A stretch of 32,000 nucleotides of DNA from an uncultured Chloroflexia bacterium (lineage in GTDB: Bacteria > Chloroflexota > Ktedonobacteria > Ktedonobacterales > JADMIN01). The notes under the pieces are model-generated. The model saw nothing but the letters and a program-made list of their open reading frames with translations, was not told the DNA's origin and searched no databases. Within the stretch, counting starts at the first letter, position 1, and each line of letters opens with the position of its first letter. Below, piece by piece: positions 14,510-23,296 of the stretch. Both the position numbers and the translations under genes were made by a program. The stretch covers positions 510,001 through 542,000 of the forward strand of contig CAVRAI010000004.1 in the NCBI GenBank assembly GCA_963718915.1, in the 5' to 3' direction.

Positions 14510-16036
14510 ATGGCAGATCGAACGAACGATAGCATTCCCGTGCGCACGCGCTACGCGCCGAGTCCCACGGGATTTCCCCATATTGGCAACTACCGCACCG
14601 CGCTCTTTGAGTGGCTGGCGGCGCGACATACCGGTGGCAAGTTTGTGCTGCGGGTGGAGGATACCGACCGCAAACGGCTGGTGACCGGATCGATCGAGGC
14701 CATTCAGGAGGGGCTGAAGTGGCTTGGGCTGGAATGGGACGAGGGACCGGATGTTGGCGGCCCGTACGGTCCCTATACGCAGTCGGAGCGGCTCGATCTC
14801 TATGGCGAGTATGGCGAGAAGCTAATAGAGCAGGGTGACGCCTACCGCTGCTACTGCACCGAGGATCGGCTGGCGCAGATGCGCGCCGAGCAGGAGGCAC
14901 GCAAGCAGCCGACGCGCTACGACCGCCGCTGTCGCTATCTGACGCCGGAGGAGCGCGCTGCCAACGAGGCAGAGGGGCTGCCATCGGTGATTCGCTTTGC
15001 AGCGCCGATTGAGGGGACGACAACCTACCACGATTTCCTGCGGGGCGATATCACCTTCGACAACAGCACGATTGACGACATGATCTTGCTGAAGTCAGAT
15101 GGCTATCCCACCTACAACTTCGCCAACATCATCGACGACCACCTGATGGACATCACCCATGTGATTCGTGGCGAGGAGTATATCTCCAGCGCGCCACGCT
15201 ACGCCCAGGTCTATCGCGCGTTTGGCTGGGAGGAGCCGACGGTGGTGCATGTGCCGCTGGTGCTCGCGCCCGACCGCTCGAAGCTGGCGAAACGGCACGG
15301 CGCGCTGCCCCTCCTGGACTATCGCGACAAAGGCTATCTGCCGGAGGCGATCTGCAATTTCCTGCTGTTGCTCGGCTGGTCGTATGACGATAAGAAAGAG
15401 TTCTTCACCCGCGAAGAGATGATCGAGGCGTTTGATGACCGGCGTATCGGCACCTCGCCCGCGATATTCGACGTGACCCGGCTCGACTGGTTCAATGGCC
15501 ACTACATCCGCGCGCTTTCGCCAGAGCGGTTGACCAAGCTGGCGCTGCCCTTCTTGCTCAAGGGGCTGCCCGAGGATGTCGCCGCGACGGTAGAGCCGAC
15601 GTATGCCCGTCAGGTTTTTGTGCTTGACCAGGAGCGCTTCAAGACATTGGCCGACATCCCGTTGCTGACGTCGTTCTTCTTTATCGAGCAGCCAGAGTAC
15701 GATGGGCAGCTGCTGCTGGGAAAGGGAATGGAAGCCGAACGGGCGACACAGGCGCTAGATGCGGTGATCGCCGTGCTGGGCGAGCAGTCTGAGTGGACGC
15801 CTGAGGCGCTGTTGCGGGCGCTCGATGGCACGGTCGAGCGGTTGGGGTACATTCGCACCAAGGCAGACGGCAGCCAGGTTCCCGACCGAGGGCCAGTCTT
15901 TATGATGGTGCGTGTTGCGGTAAGCGGGCGCAAAGAAACGCCCGGACTCACCGAGATGATGACGGTGCTGGGACGCGAGCGCGTTGTACGCCGCCTGCAG
16001 GTAGCGATGGAGAATCTCCGGGCGCTGGCTGGATAG
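14510..16036 (+). CDS. gltX: Glutamate--tRNA ligase
   Basis: Class I signature PTGFPHIGN (HIGH-type) and KLAKRHG (KMSKS-type). 508 aa with typical GluRS N-terminal pattern RTRYAPSPTG. Confidence 0.95.
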   Translation: MADRTNDSIPVRTRYAPSPTGFPHIGNYRTALFEWLAARHTGGKFVLRVEDTDRKRLVTGSIEAIQEGLKWLGLEWDEGPDVGGPYGPYTQSERLDLYGEYGEKLIEQGDAYRCYCTEDRLAQMRAEQEARKQPTRYDRRCRYLTPEERAANEAEGLPSVIRFAAPIEGTTTYHDFLRGDITFDNSTIDDMILLKSDGYPTYNFANIIDDHLMDITHVIRGEEYISSAPRYAQVYRAFGWEEPTVVHVPLVLAPDRSKLAKRHGALPLLDYRDKGYLPEAICNFLLLLGWSYDDKKEFFTREEMIEAFDDRRIGTSPAIFDVTRLDWFNGHYIRALSPERLTKLALPFLLKGLPEDVAATVEPTYARQVFVLDQERFKTLADIPLLTSFFFIEQPEYDGQLLLGKGMEAERATQALDAVIAVLGEQSEWTPEALLRALDGTVERLGYIRTKADGSQVPDRGPVFMMVRVAVSGRKETPGLTEMMTVLGRERVVRRLQVAMENLRALAG

Positions 16037-16090
16037 ACACGATGTGTGTCGCCAGCGACGTGACGCCGTGCTGTTGAGAGGGGGAACGAG

Positions 16091-16768
16091 ATGGCGCTCC
16101 TGGTTGATAGCGCGCGGCTCGACGATGTGGCGCAGGTCTGCCGGGACTTCCCGGTGGCTGGGGTCACGACGAATCCGACGATTGTGCTGGCGGCCATCGA
16201 GCGAGGGCAGAAACTCTCGCTCGACGATCTGGCCCGCGAACTGCTTGCGCTCTGCCCCGGCCCGGTCTTTCTGCAGCCAGTCGCCGACGGTGCGGATGAA
16301 TTAGTGGCGGCGGGTCGCGTTTGCATGGCGATTGACCCGGCGCGCATCGTCCTCAAGCTGCCGATGACCGCCAATGGGTTGCATGCGGGCAAACTGTTGG
16401 GAAGCGAAGGTGCGCGTATCGCCTTTACCGCTGTCTACACGCTCCCACAGGCATATCAGGGACTGCTGGCGGGCGCGGAGTGGATCATCCCGTACTTCGG
16501 TCGGCTACGCCGTGCTGGGCTGGATGCCTGCTCCCGCATTGGCGAGATGGCGCGACTCCTGCGCGCGCAACATGCCGAAACGAGGTTGCTGGTCGCCAGC
16601 CTGAAGTCGCCCGATGATGTGCTCGAGGCAACACTGGCAGGCGCGCACGACATTACCGCTCAGCCAGACGTCATACGCGCGATGGTTCACAGCCCGCTTA
16701 CCAATGATGCGCTGGCCGGTTTCGCCAACGATTGGCGGCTCGTGCAGCAGGCGCTCGAGCAGGGATGA
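16091..16768 (+). CDS. Short transaldolase-family protein (TalC / fructose-6-phosphate aldolase type)
   Basis: 225 aa. GVTTNPT motif, Schiff-base Lys context LKLPMT, IIPYFGRL. AGGGGG lies 6 nt upstream of the ATG. Confidence 0.85.
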   Translation: MALLVDSARLDDVAQVCRDFPVAGVTTNPTIVLAAIERGQKLSLDDLARELLALCPGPVFLQPVADGADELVAAGRVCMAIDPARIVLKLPMTANGLHAGKLLGSEGARIAFTAVYTLPQAYQGLLAGAEWIIPYFGRLRRAGLDACSRIGEMARLLRAQHAETRLLVASLKSPDDVLEATLAGAHDITAQPDVIRAMVHSPLTNDALAGFANDWRLVQQALEQG

Positions 16769-16812
16769 CCTCTCCCCGGCTTTGGAGAAGTCATCCGCGG
16801 TGAGCACGCGCA

Positions 16813-17823
16813 TTACGGCTGCTGAGTCGTCGACGTGTTTGGCGGCTGAGACGGCGGCTGGCTCGTTGTGGAAGTCGTTGCGGGAGCGACCGACGACGCC
16901 ATTGTGGGGGACAATGCGGGCGCTGGACGGCGAGCGGCGCGAGCGCGTCTCCACCGGCGCACCAGCAGGAAGATCACCACCACCGGAATGAGGTAGGCCG
17001 CAAAGATTACCAGCCAGATCAGCACGGAGACGAGCCCCTGGCCGAATCCAAGCGCGGCGGTCAAGGCGTCATGGAATGTTTGCCCTGGGTTCCAGGGCGC
17101 GGAGGGCGAGTCTGGCGCTGGGGTATATACCGGCACAAGCGTGATCGTTACCATGTAGTAGGTTGTCTGGCCGTTCAGTGCGTTAAGATGCGCCTCAATC
17201 TGCTCAATCTGCCCCTCGACATCTGTCAACCGCTGCTCGATGGCGAGCGTGTCGGAGAGATTGTTCGCCTGGCTCAGCAGCGCCAGCAGCCGATCCTGTT
17301 CGGTGCGCAGATTCTTGAGCCGCGACGTAGTATCCACGTAATCATTCGAGACATCCTGTACAGTCTCGTGAAGATTATTCAGCGTGCCATGGTGCGTCTG
17401 CGCATAGCCCGCAAGATAGGAAAACACCTGTGGATAGGCGGTTGCCGCCACTGAGAATGTCATTGTGATTTGATAGCGGTTAGTCGACTGCTCGTCATAG
17501 GTGACGCCAGCGGAGGAGGAGCGAGGGTCCGTCGCCGCAATCCAGTGTTGAAGATCAGTCGCGGTTGCGCGAGTGTCGGAAAAGGTCATTGAGACGGAGA
17601 GCGCCTTGATAAGATACTGCGGGCCAGGAGTACTCGATTGCCCAGCTCCTGCCGTTGCCGCTGGCCCATAGACCGACTGATCCGTCGATGAATTGGAAGG
17701 CAGACCAGCAGCCGTCGATCCGTTGCTCACCGAAGACCCACATCCAGCCAGCACGGCTGGTACAACGAACACCAGCGCCATACCCACCACAATGCCCCAT
17801 CGAGTCCATCGCCGCCTGCTCAT
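16813..17823 (-). CDS. DUF4349-like lipoprotein with C-terminal membrane anchor
   Basis: ORF 16813..17913 trimmed to ATG at comp. 17821-17823 (AAGGGAGGG upstream). Lipobox VLAGC after a signal helix. Central coiled-coil segment (DVSNDYVDTTSRLKNLRTEQDRLLALL...IEQRLTDVEGQIEQIE). C-terminal TM helix and Ser/Thr/Pro tail. Confidence 0.7.
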   Translation of the reverse strand: MSRRRWTRWGIVVGMALVFVVPAVLAGCGSSVSNGSTAAGLPSNSSTDQSVYGPAATAGAGQSSTPGPQYLIKALSVSMTFSDTRATATDLQHWIAATDPRSSSAGVTYDEQSTNRYQITMTFSVAATAYPQVFSYLAGYAQTHHGTLNNLHETVQDVSNDYVDTTSRLKNLRTEQDRLLALLSQANNLSDTLAIEQRLTDVEGQIEQIEAHLNALNGQTTYYMVTITLVPVYTPAPDSPSAPWNPGQTFHDALTAALGFGQGLVSVLIWLVIFAAYLIPVVVIFLLVRRWRRARAARRPAPALSPTMASSVAPATTSTTSQPPSQPPNTSTTQQP

Positions 17824-18043
17824 GAAGCCCTCCCTTGTACCGCCATGTGTGTCCGCGCCAGACAACCGATCCTTTGGCTTTACTACGCCGCCGGCTTGCC
17901 GGATATCACGCACTCAGGCAAGGGGCCTGATGCGGTCGATAACGGCGCAGCATGTGGCCGTATGCTCAGCAATGAGGAAACAGACGGTGAATGTTGTTGG
18001 ATTGTTCCACTGCTTCTGCTGCGTGTGGAAAAGAACTAGCGGA

Positions 18044-19456
18044 TCAGATGCCGAGGTGGCTGCGATGATAGAGCAGGTAGAGTAGGAATGCCTGGCGATA
18101 ATCTTCGATAGCGACGTTCGAGGAACGTGTCACGCGATCGGTAAGTGCGAGAATGCCCTCGGCGATGCGCAGGTCAGCCTCATCCACAAAACCAGACTGG
18201 CGCAGAGCATCCAGCACGGCTGACGGGTCTGAGCCGTTATATGACAGCCCATAGCTTTCCGCTGCCCGCCGCACATACGCCTCCAATTGATACCGTAACT
18301 GCCAGAAAACCATCTGGTCGGCATGCGTCGATGGATTCGCTGGCAGCCCGTTGCTCTGTGACTGTGGTGGCCTCGGTGTGGGTGCAGAGGCAGGCGGGGA
18401 GTTTGGCGGAAAGATTGGTGGAACGTTTGGCGCGGATTGCCACGGCGCCGCGGCGGGCGCCACGCCAGGGTGAGGCGCGGCGGGATGGCTCTGAGGGTGA
18501 CTTTGGGCAGCAGGATGAGACGGCGCTGGACGCGAGGATACCGCCGGAGTGACGGTGGTATCAGGCTGCATGTCCTGAAGATAATCGCCGTAGAGTTCGT
18601 AGAGATCCTCCGGCAGCTCTCGCGGGGCTACCGCGCCATTCCCTGGCGAAATAGACGCCACAGGCATCGGGCTTGTGGGCTGGTCGGTAGGTCTGCGTGA
18701 TCCACTGGCTGGCGGTGGCGGAGCGGGTTGCGCGCCCGTCGCATTGATGCCGAGCGCGCCGAACGCGGCGGCAAAGCCAGTTGCGGAGACAGGCACCGTC
18801 AGATCGTTCGCGGTCGTCGAATTGAGCCACTGTTCGTTGCTGGGAGACGGCTGCGCCGCTGGACTCGCAGGGGCGGGAGGACGGCGCGCAACATCGGCTG
18901 GCTCTGCCTGTGGCACGAAGCCACTGTTGCTGTAATCGTCTATGCGTGAGCGGATGATAGCCGCCTCGAGAATCCTGGCGGTGCGCTCATAGTCTTCCTG
19001 GGGGATTTTGCGCGCCCGCTCGCGCCCTTCCATCCATGACTGCTTGCGCGGAGGAGCGCCAAAGTTGGGAGCCTTGCCGTCCAGCGAAGCCAGCAGCCCA
19101 CGATGCACATCGGCCGCCAGTCGGGGCGCGCGCGCGCGTAATGCGTGCAGGTAGCGAGCATGACGCGGGCTTTTAAACGCTGGGTTCACCTCTAGATAGC
19201 GCAGAAGCAGGGCTTCGAGAAATCGGCGAACCTCGTTGGAGGACACATCAATCGCATCGAGCGGCGAATAATTGACAGATTGGACAAAATGTCCGACTGC
19301 GTCAAGGCCGTGGCGGTCCAGTGGCCGTACGCGGTCTGTTCCCAGGCGTGGATCGAAAAACGGTGGGCTGGCGAAGTGCGTGCAGAGGGTCTCGGCCAGC
19401 GCCTGGCGCATACGCTCAAGCTGGCGCACATCAAGTGTTCCGAACGTGCCCCTCAT
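18044..19456 (-). CDS. Hypothetical protein (470 aa) with ~200-aa Pro/Ala/Ser-rich central linker
   Basis: Long ORF with a structured-looking N-terminal (~170 aa) and C-terminal (~100 aa) part, joined by a low-complexity proline-rich region. I recognise no family with confidence. Confidence 0.6.
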   Translation of the reverse strand: MRGTFGTLDVRQLERMRQALAETLCTHFASPPFFDPRLGTDRVRPLDRHGLDAVGHFVQSVNYSPLDAIDVSSNEVRRFLEALLLRYLEVNPAFKSPRHARYLHALRARAPRLAADVHRGLLASLDGKAPNFGAPPRKQSWMEGRERARKIPQEDYERTARILEAAIIRSRIDDYSNSGFVPQAEPADVARRPPAPASPAAQPSPSNEQWLNSTTANDLTVPVSATGFAAAFGALGINATGAQPAPPPPASGSRRPTDQPTSPMPVASISPGNGAVAPRELPEDLYELYGDYLQDMQPDTTVTPAVSSRPAPSHPAAQSHPQSHPAAPHPGVAPAAAPWQSAPNVPPIFPPNSPPASAPTPRPPQSQSNGLPANPSTHADQMVFWQLRYQLEAYVRRAAESYGLSYNGSDPSAVLDALRQSGFVDEADLRIAEGILALTDRVTRSSNVAIEDYRQAFLLYLLYHRSHLGI

Positions 19457-19593
19457 TGCTGCTCCCCGCTACTGCCCGGCGCGTATCCCTCTGCCTGGGT
19501 GGCAGATAACATCTGCGTCCGCTCCTGAGTCCCAGTCCAGTCTATCACGCCAGGCCTGTTGCGCAAAGTCACCCCACCTGCCGTGCTATCCCG

Positions 19594-19602
19594 TGCTATA
19601 CT
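19594..19602 (+). promoter_or_regulatory. Candidate extended -10 element (TGcTATACT) upstream of the glycosyltransferase cluster
   Basis: TGCTATACT at 19594-19602, about 55 nt upstream of ATG 19658. No convincing -35. Confidence 0.35.
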
Positions 19603-19657
19603 GGCGTGCGCCCTGTTTACTGGCGCCTCGACCTGTATGGAGAGATGGCGGTCACCC

Positions 19658-20830
19658 ATGCGGATCGCGATTGACTATACGCCTGCTATCACCCAGAGCG
19701 CTGGCATCGGGCGCTACACCCGTAGCCTGGTTGATGCGCTGGCGCGGCTGGATAGTGGCGATGAGTATCTGTTGCTTTCCGCTGCCGCGCCGACTGCGGC
19801 GCGGCCATTCCCCATTGCTGAAGCCTTGCGGCCCCAGGTCATTCGACTCGCTGGTCGGCCGATTGGCAATCGCCGCCTGACCATTTTCTGGCATCGTTTG
19901 CGCCTTCCGTTACCAGTCGAGATGATTGCCCGACGGACAGATGTGTTTCACGGGCCAGATTTCGCGCTGCCGCCAGCGCTGGGTGTGCCGCGTGTAGTGA
20001 CCATCCATGACCTCGCCTTTCTGACGCATCCGCAGTACGCGACGCCAACGCTTGCGCGCTATCTTTCGGCGGTTGTGCCGCATTCGCTCCATCGGGCGGA
20101 TGCCATCATTGCCACATCCGAAATCACCGCCGCTGACATCGTGGCACGGTATGGAGTGGCGAGTGACCGCATCGACGTCATCACGCCGGGCGTTGATACG
20201 TCGTTTGCGCCAGTTACTGACAGACAGGCGCTTGCAACGATCGACGCCCGCTATCGGTTAGAGCATCCATTGGCGCTCGCCGTCGGTACCATCGAGCCGC
20301 GCAAAAAATACGATCATCTGGTCGCCGCCTTCGCTCGGGCGCGGCAGCAGCCGGGTGGCCCGCGCATGCTGGCGATTGCTGGGCGTCGTGGCTGGCTGTA
20401 CGAGAGTGTCTTTCAGGCCGTTGAGGAGCATCGCGTCGTCGATGCGGTGCGCTTTCTCGACTATGTGCCCGATGCTGACCTTGTAGCCCTCTACTCGACG
20501 GCGGATGTGCTAGCAATGCCTTCGGCCTATGAGGGCTTCGGCATCCCGGTGATCGAGGCGATGGCCTGCGGCGCACCGGTTGTTTGTAGCGATGGCGGCG
20601 CGCTGCCCGAGGCAGCGGGAGATGCTGCTCTTATCGTGCCCGTGGACGATGTCGCCTCACTGGCCGATGCGCTCCGGGCCGTTACGAGCGAGACGGCACG
20701 ACAGGAAGCGATGAGGACCAGCGGTCTGGCGCGCGCGGCAGAGTTTACGTGGGAGCGAGTGGCCCGGCGGCACCTGGAGGTGTATCATCGGGTGGGGAGA
20801 AAAGGAAAGCATGGACACGATGAGCGATAA
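19658..20830 (+). CDS. GT4-family (group 1) glycosyltransferase
   Basis: ORF 19559..20830 trimmed to MRIAIDYTPAITQSAGIGRYT. EX7E motif EGFGIPVIEAMACGAPVV. Confidence 0.85.
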   Translation: MRIAIDYTPAITQSAGIGRYTRSLVDALARLDSGDEYLLLSAAAPTAARPFPIAEALRPQVIRLAGRPIGNRRLTIFWHRLRLPLPVEMIARRTDVFHGPDFALPPALGVPRVVTIHDLAFLTHPQYATPTLARYLSAVVPHSLHRADAIIATSEITAADIVARYGVASDRIDVITPGVDTSFAPVTDRQALATIDARYRLEHPLALAVGTIEPRKKYDHLVAAFARARQQPGGPRMLAIAGRRGWLYESVFQAVEEHRVVDAVRFLDYVPDADLVALYSTADVLAMPSAYEGFGIPVIEAMACGAPVVCSDGGALPEAAGDAALIVPVDDVASLADALRAVTSETARQEAMRTSGLARAAEFTWERVARRHLEVYHRVGRKGKHGHDER

Positions 20831-21761
20831 CACGACCACCCTCACGTTGCGCGCGCTGCCGCCATTCGATCTGGCGCTGACCGTGGCCGTCACCCGGCGG
20901 CGGCCAACAAACCTGGTCGATACGTGGTCCGACGGCGTCTACCGTCGTCTGCTGCGCGTCGGCGGCCTCGAGCGCCTGATAGCAATCCGCCAGACCAATC
21001 TCGCGGCAGTAGAGGTGTCCGTACTCGATGGGACGCTCACCCCGCAAGAGCGTGAAGAGCTATCGCTGCTGCTGGATCGTATGCTGGGGCTGAGGCGCGA
21101 CCTGACCCCGGTGGTTGCTGCCTTCTCCTGTTACGAGCCGCTGGCGCATCTGCTCACGCAACTGGCAGGCATGAAGCCGCCACGCTATCCCGACCTCTGG
21201 ACGACGCTTGTTGGGGTCGTGCCCTATCAGCAGGTAAGCCTGGAGGCCGGGCAGGCCATCTCTAACCGGATGATTGTTGATATTGGTCCGCGCGCTGTGT
21301 ATGGCGATATTGTTTACTATGACTATCCCACAGCGGAACAGTTCTTGCAGGCGAGCGATGAGCAGACACGCGCCTGGGGACTAAGTGTCGCCAAAGTCAA
21401 GACGCTGCGTAGCGGTGCGGAGGCGATGCTAAAAGGCTCCATTCGCGAGGATGAGCTGGTGGGCCTGGACGACGACGCGGCGATTGCCCGACTGACGCAG
21501 TTACATGGTATTGGACGGTGGAGCGCGCAAGTGATTCTGCTTCGTGGGTTGGGCCGCCTCTCGGCATTCCCGCTAGGTGACTCTGGCGCGCAACGAGCCT
21601 TCAAGGCGATCTTCGGCTGGGAGGCGGGCGAGGTTGATGCGCGTCGCACGGAATTGCTCGCGGCGCTCAGTGAATGGCGGGGTTATCTCTACTTTGTCTT
21701 GCTTGGTACTCGCCTGCTCGAAACCGGGCAGGTCGAGCGAGGTGGCGCATTGGAGGTCTAA
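20811..21761 (+). CDS. HhH-GPD superfamily DNA glycosylase (AlkA-like 3-methyladenine glycosylase II)
   Basis: QQVSLEAGQAI, helix-hairpin-helix LHGIGRWSAQVILL and the catalytic-Asp context FPLGDSGAQRAF. It overlaps the upstream GT gene by 20 nt. Confidence 0.75.
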   Translation: MDTMSDNTTTLTLRALPPFDLALTVAVTRRRPTNLVDTWSDGVYRRLLRVGGLERLIAIRQTNLAAVEVSVLDGTLTPQEREELSLLLDRMLGLRRDLTPVVAAFSCYEPLAHLLTQLAGMKPPRYPDLWTTLVGVVPYQQVSLEAGQAISNRMIVDIGPRAVYGDIVYYDYPTAEQFLQASDEQTRAWGLSVAKVKTLRSGAEAMLKGSIREDELVGLDDDAAIARLTQLHGIGRWSAQVILLRGLGRLSAFPLGDSGAQRAFKAIFGWEAGEVDARRTELLAALSEWRGYLYFVLLGTRLLETGQVERGGALEV

Positions 21762-21762
21762 C

Positions 21763-22224
21763 ATGTCAACTCCCGATAGACCGGACGATGCGACGGCGGT
21801 CGTTACCTGCTTTGTGATGCGCGTGGATCATGGGCGCGACGAAATACTCCTGGCACAGCGCAGCCAGCTCGTGCGTACCTATCGCGGCGCCTGGGCAGGC
21901 ATCAGTGGCTACGTCGAGCCGGGTATCACGCCGTTGGAGCAGGCGTATACTGAGCTTCAGGAGGAGGCAGGACTGGCGCACGAGGACGTGGAACTGCTAC
22001 TGACAGGCGAACCAATAGCATTTCGCGATGACATGCTGGCGCAGAGCTGGGTGGTACACCCGTTCCTGTTCCGGCTGCTACATGCCGAACACCTGCGCAG
22101 CGATTGGGAGGCGACTCAGTTCAGGTGGTATGAGCCACCCCTGGTTGAGACGCTGGCGACCGTCCCACGACTGGCGGAGGCGCTTGCGCACGTCTATCCG
22201 CCAGAAACGCATCATGGCGAATGA
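21763..22224 (+). CDS. Nudix hydrolase family protein (slightly non-canonical Nudix box)
   Basis: ORF 21577..22224 trimmed to ATG 21763 (GGAGG 6 nt upstream; 1 nt after the glycosylase stop). Nudix box GYVEPGITPLEQAYTELQEEAGL, i.e. Gx5Ex7REUxEExGU with I at the first E position and T at the R position. Confidence 0.75.
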   Translation: MSTPDRPDDATAVVTCFVMRVDHGRDEILLAQRSQLVRTYRGAWAGISGYVEPGITPLEQAYTELQEEAGLAHEDVELLLTGEPIAFRDDMLAQSWVVHPFLFRLLHAEHLRSDWEATQFRWYEPPLVETLATVPRLAEALAHVYPPETHHGE

Positions 22225-23146
22225 CGCCGGACGCGCGCTTCCTGCTGACATCATCGCATCTATCCAGGCGATCCGAGACGACCGAGAACACGGGGCGAGC
22301 TGGCTGGCGCGGGCGGCGGCTGGTGTACTCCTGCGGTTGACTGAGCCACGCGATGATGTACCCGTTGAGATGTGGAATGTTCTCATACGGACGGCAGCCC
22401 AGATGTTGGTCGCGGCGCGGCCAAGTATGGCGGCGGTTGCCAATACAGCGGCGCGTATATGGGTTGCTGGCCAGTCAGCCACACCCGCGGGCGCTCGGAA
22501 ACAGCTGCGCGACATGGCGGAGCGTCTCTTCACGCAAGATGAGCAGACGCAACATGCCCTGCTGGTCCATGCGGAGAAATTGTTCCTCGGCAACGTATAT
22601 ACTATGAGCCGTTCCGGCGCCGTCGAAGCTGTCTTACGTGACCTGGGCCAACGCCATATCATCAAGCGAGTGCTGATTGGCGTATCGTTTCCAGGTGGTG
22701 AAGGTATTGCGATGGGGCGGGCGCTTGCCCAGAGCGGGCTTGACGTGACGTTGGTCGCGGATACGGCGAGTGGCCTGTTCATCGGCGAGGCAACCTGCGT
22801 AGTGTTAGGCGCTGATAGCGTACGCGCTGACGGAAGCCTGGTCAACAAGGTCGGCTCGTATCCGCTGGCGCTGGTGGCGCGTGAAGTTGGCAAGCCCGTC
22901 TATGTGCTTTGCGAGACGCTCAAGATCGCCGCGCCAGATTTTCCGCTGGTACTGGAAGAGAAGGATCCGGCGGAGTTGCTGCCCGATCCAGTCGCTGGTT
23001 TCCGCGCGCGTAACCCCTATTTCGATGTGACGCCCGCAGCGTTGATTGCGGGATATGTTACTGAACAGGGCGTGCTGGAGCGTGATACAATTGCGCGCTA
23101 TGCGCAGGAGGCGGGAGCGGCACTGGCGCGGCTGCCCACTGGTTGA
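22214..23146 (+). CDS. eIF-2B alpha/beta/delta-like family protein (MtnA / ribose-1,5-bisphosphate isomerase superfamily)
   Basis: ORF 22028..23146 trimmed to ATG 22214 (MANDAGRALP...), overlapping the Nudix stop by 11 nt. Family motifs VVLGADSVRADGSLVNKVGSYPLAL and NPYFDVTP. TMSRSGA sits where isomerases have THCNxGA. Confidence 0.75.
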   Translation: MANDAGRALPADIIASIQAIRDDREHGASWLARAAAGVLLRLTEPRDDVPVEMWNVLIRTAAQMLVAARPSMAAVANTAARIWVAGQSATPAGARKQLRDMAERLFTQDEQTQHALLVHAEKLFLGNVYTMSRSGAVEAVLRDLGQRHIIKRVLIGVSFPGGEGIAMGRALAQSGLDVTLVADTASGLFIGEATCVVLGADSVRADGSLVNKVGSYPLALVAREVGKPVYVLCETLKIAAPDFPLVLEEKDPAELLPDPVAGFRARNPYFDVTPAALIAGYVTEQGVLERDTIARYAQEAGAALARLPTG

Positions 23147-23296
23147 TTTGCGCGTGATGCGTGGCCACAATGACTAGTTGTGGGGCCGCTAGCCCAATTT
23201 TCCGATATACTCCGGTAAACAGCAGGAATTGAGGTATCCTGAAAACCACCTGGCTGATCGAGTTGATCTGAGCGACGGTGTCGAAGGGAGCTTTGT

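Noticed and set aside
15610-16392. 260-aa minus-strand ORF spanning the gltX 3' end and the transaldolase 5' end
   Set aside because: It crosses two well-supported plus-strand genes and their intergenic SD. Ser/Arg/Thr-rich. Shadow ORF.
22078-22893. 271-aa minus-strand ORF
   Set aside because: It is antisense to the eIF-2B-family gene, has Ser/Arg/Ala-rich composition and no SD. Shadow ORF.
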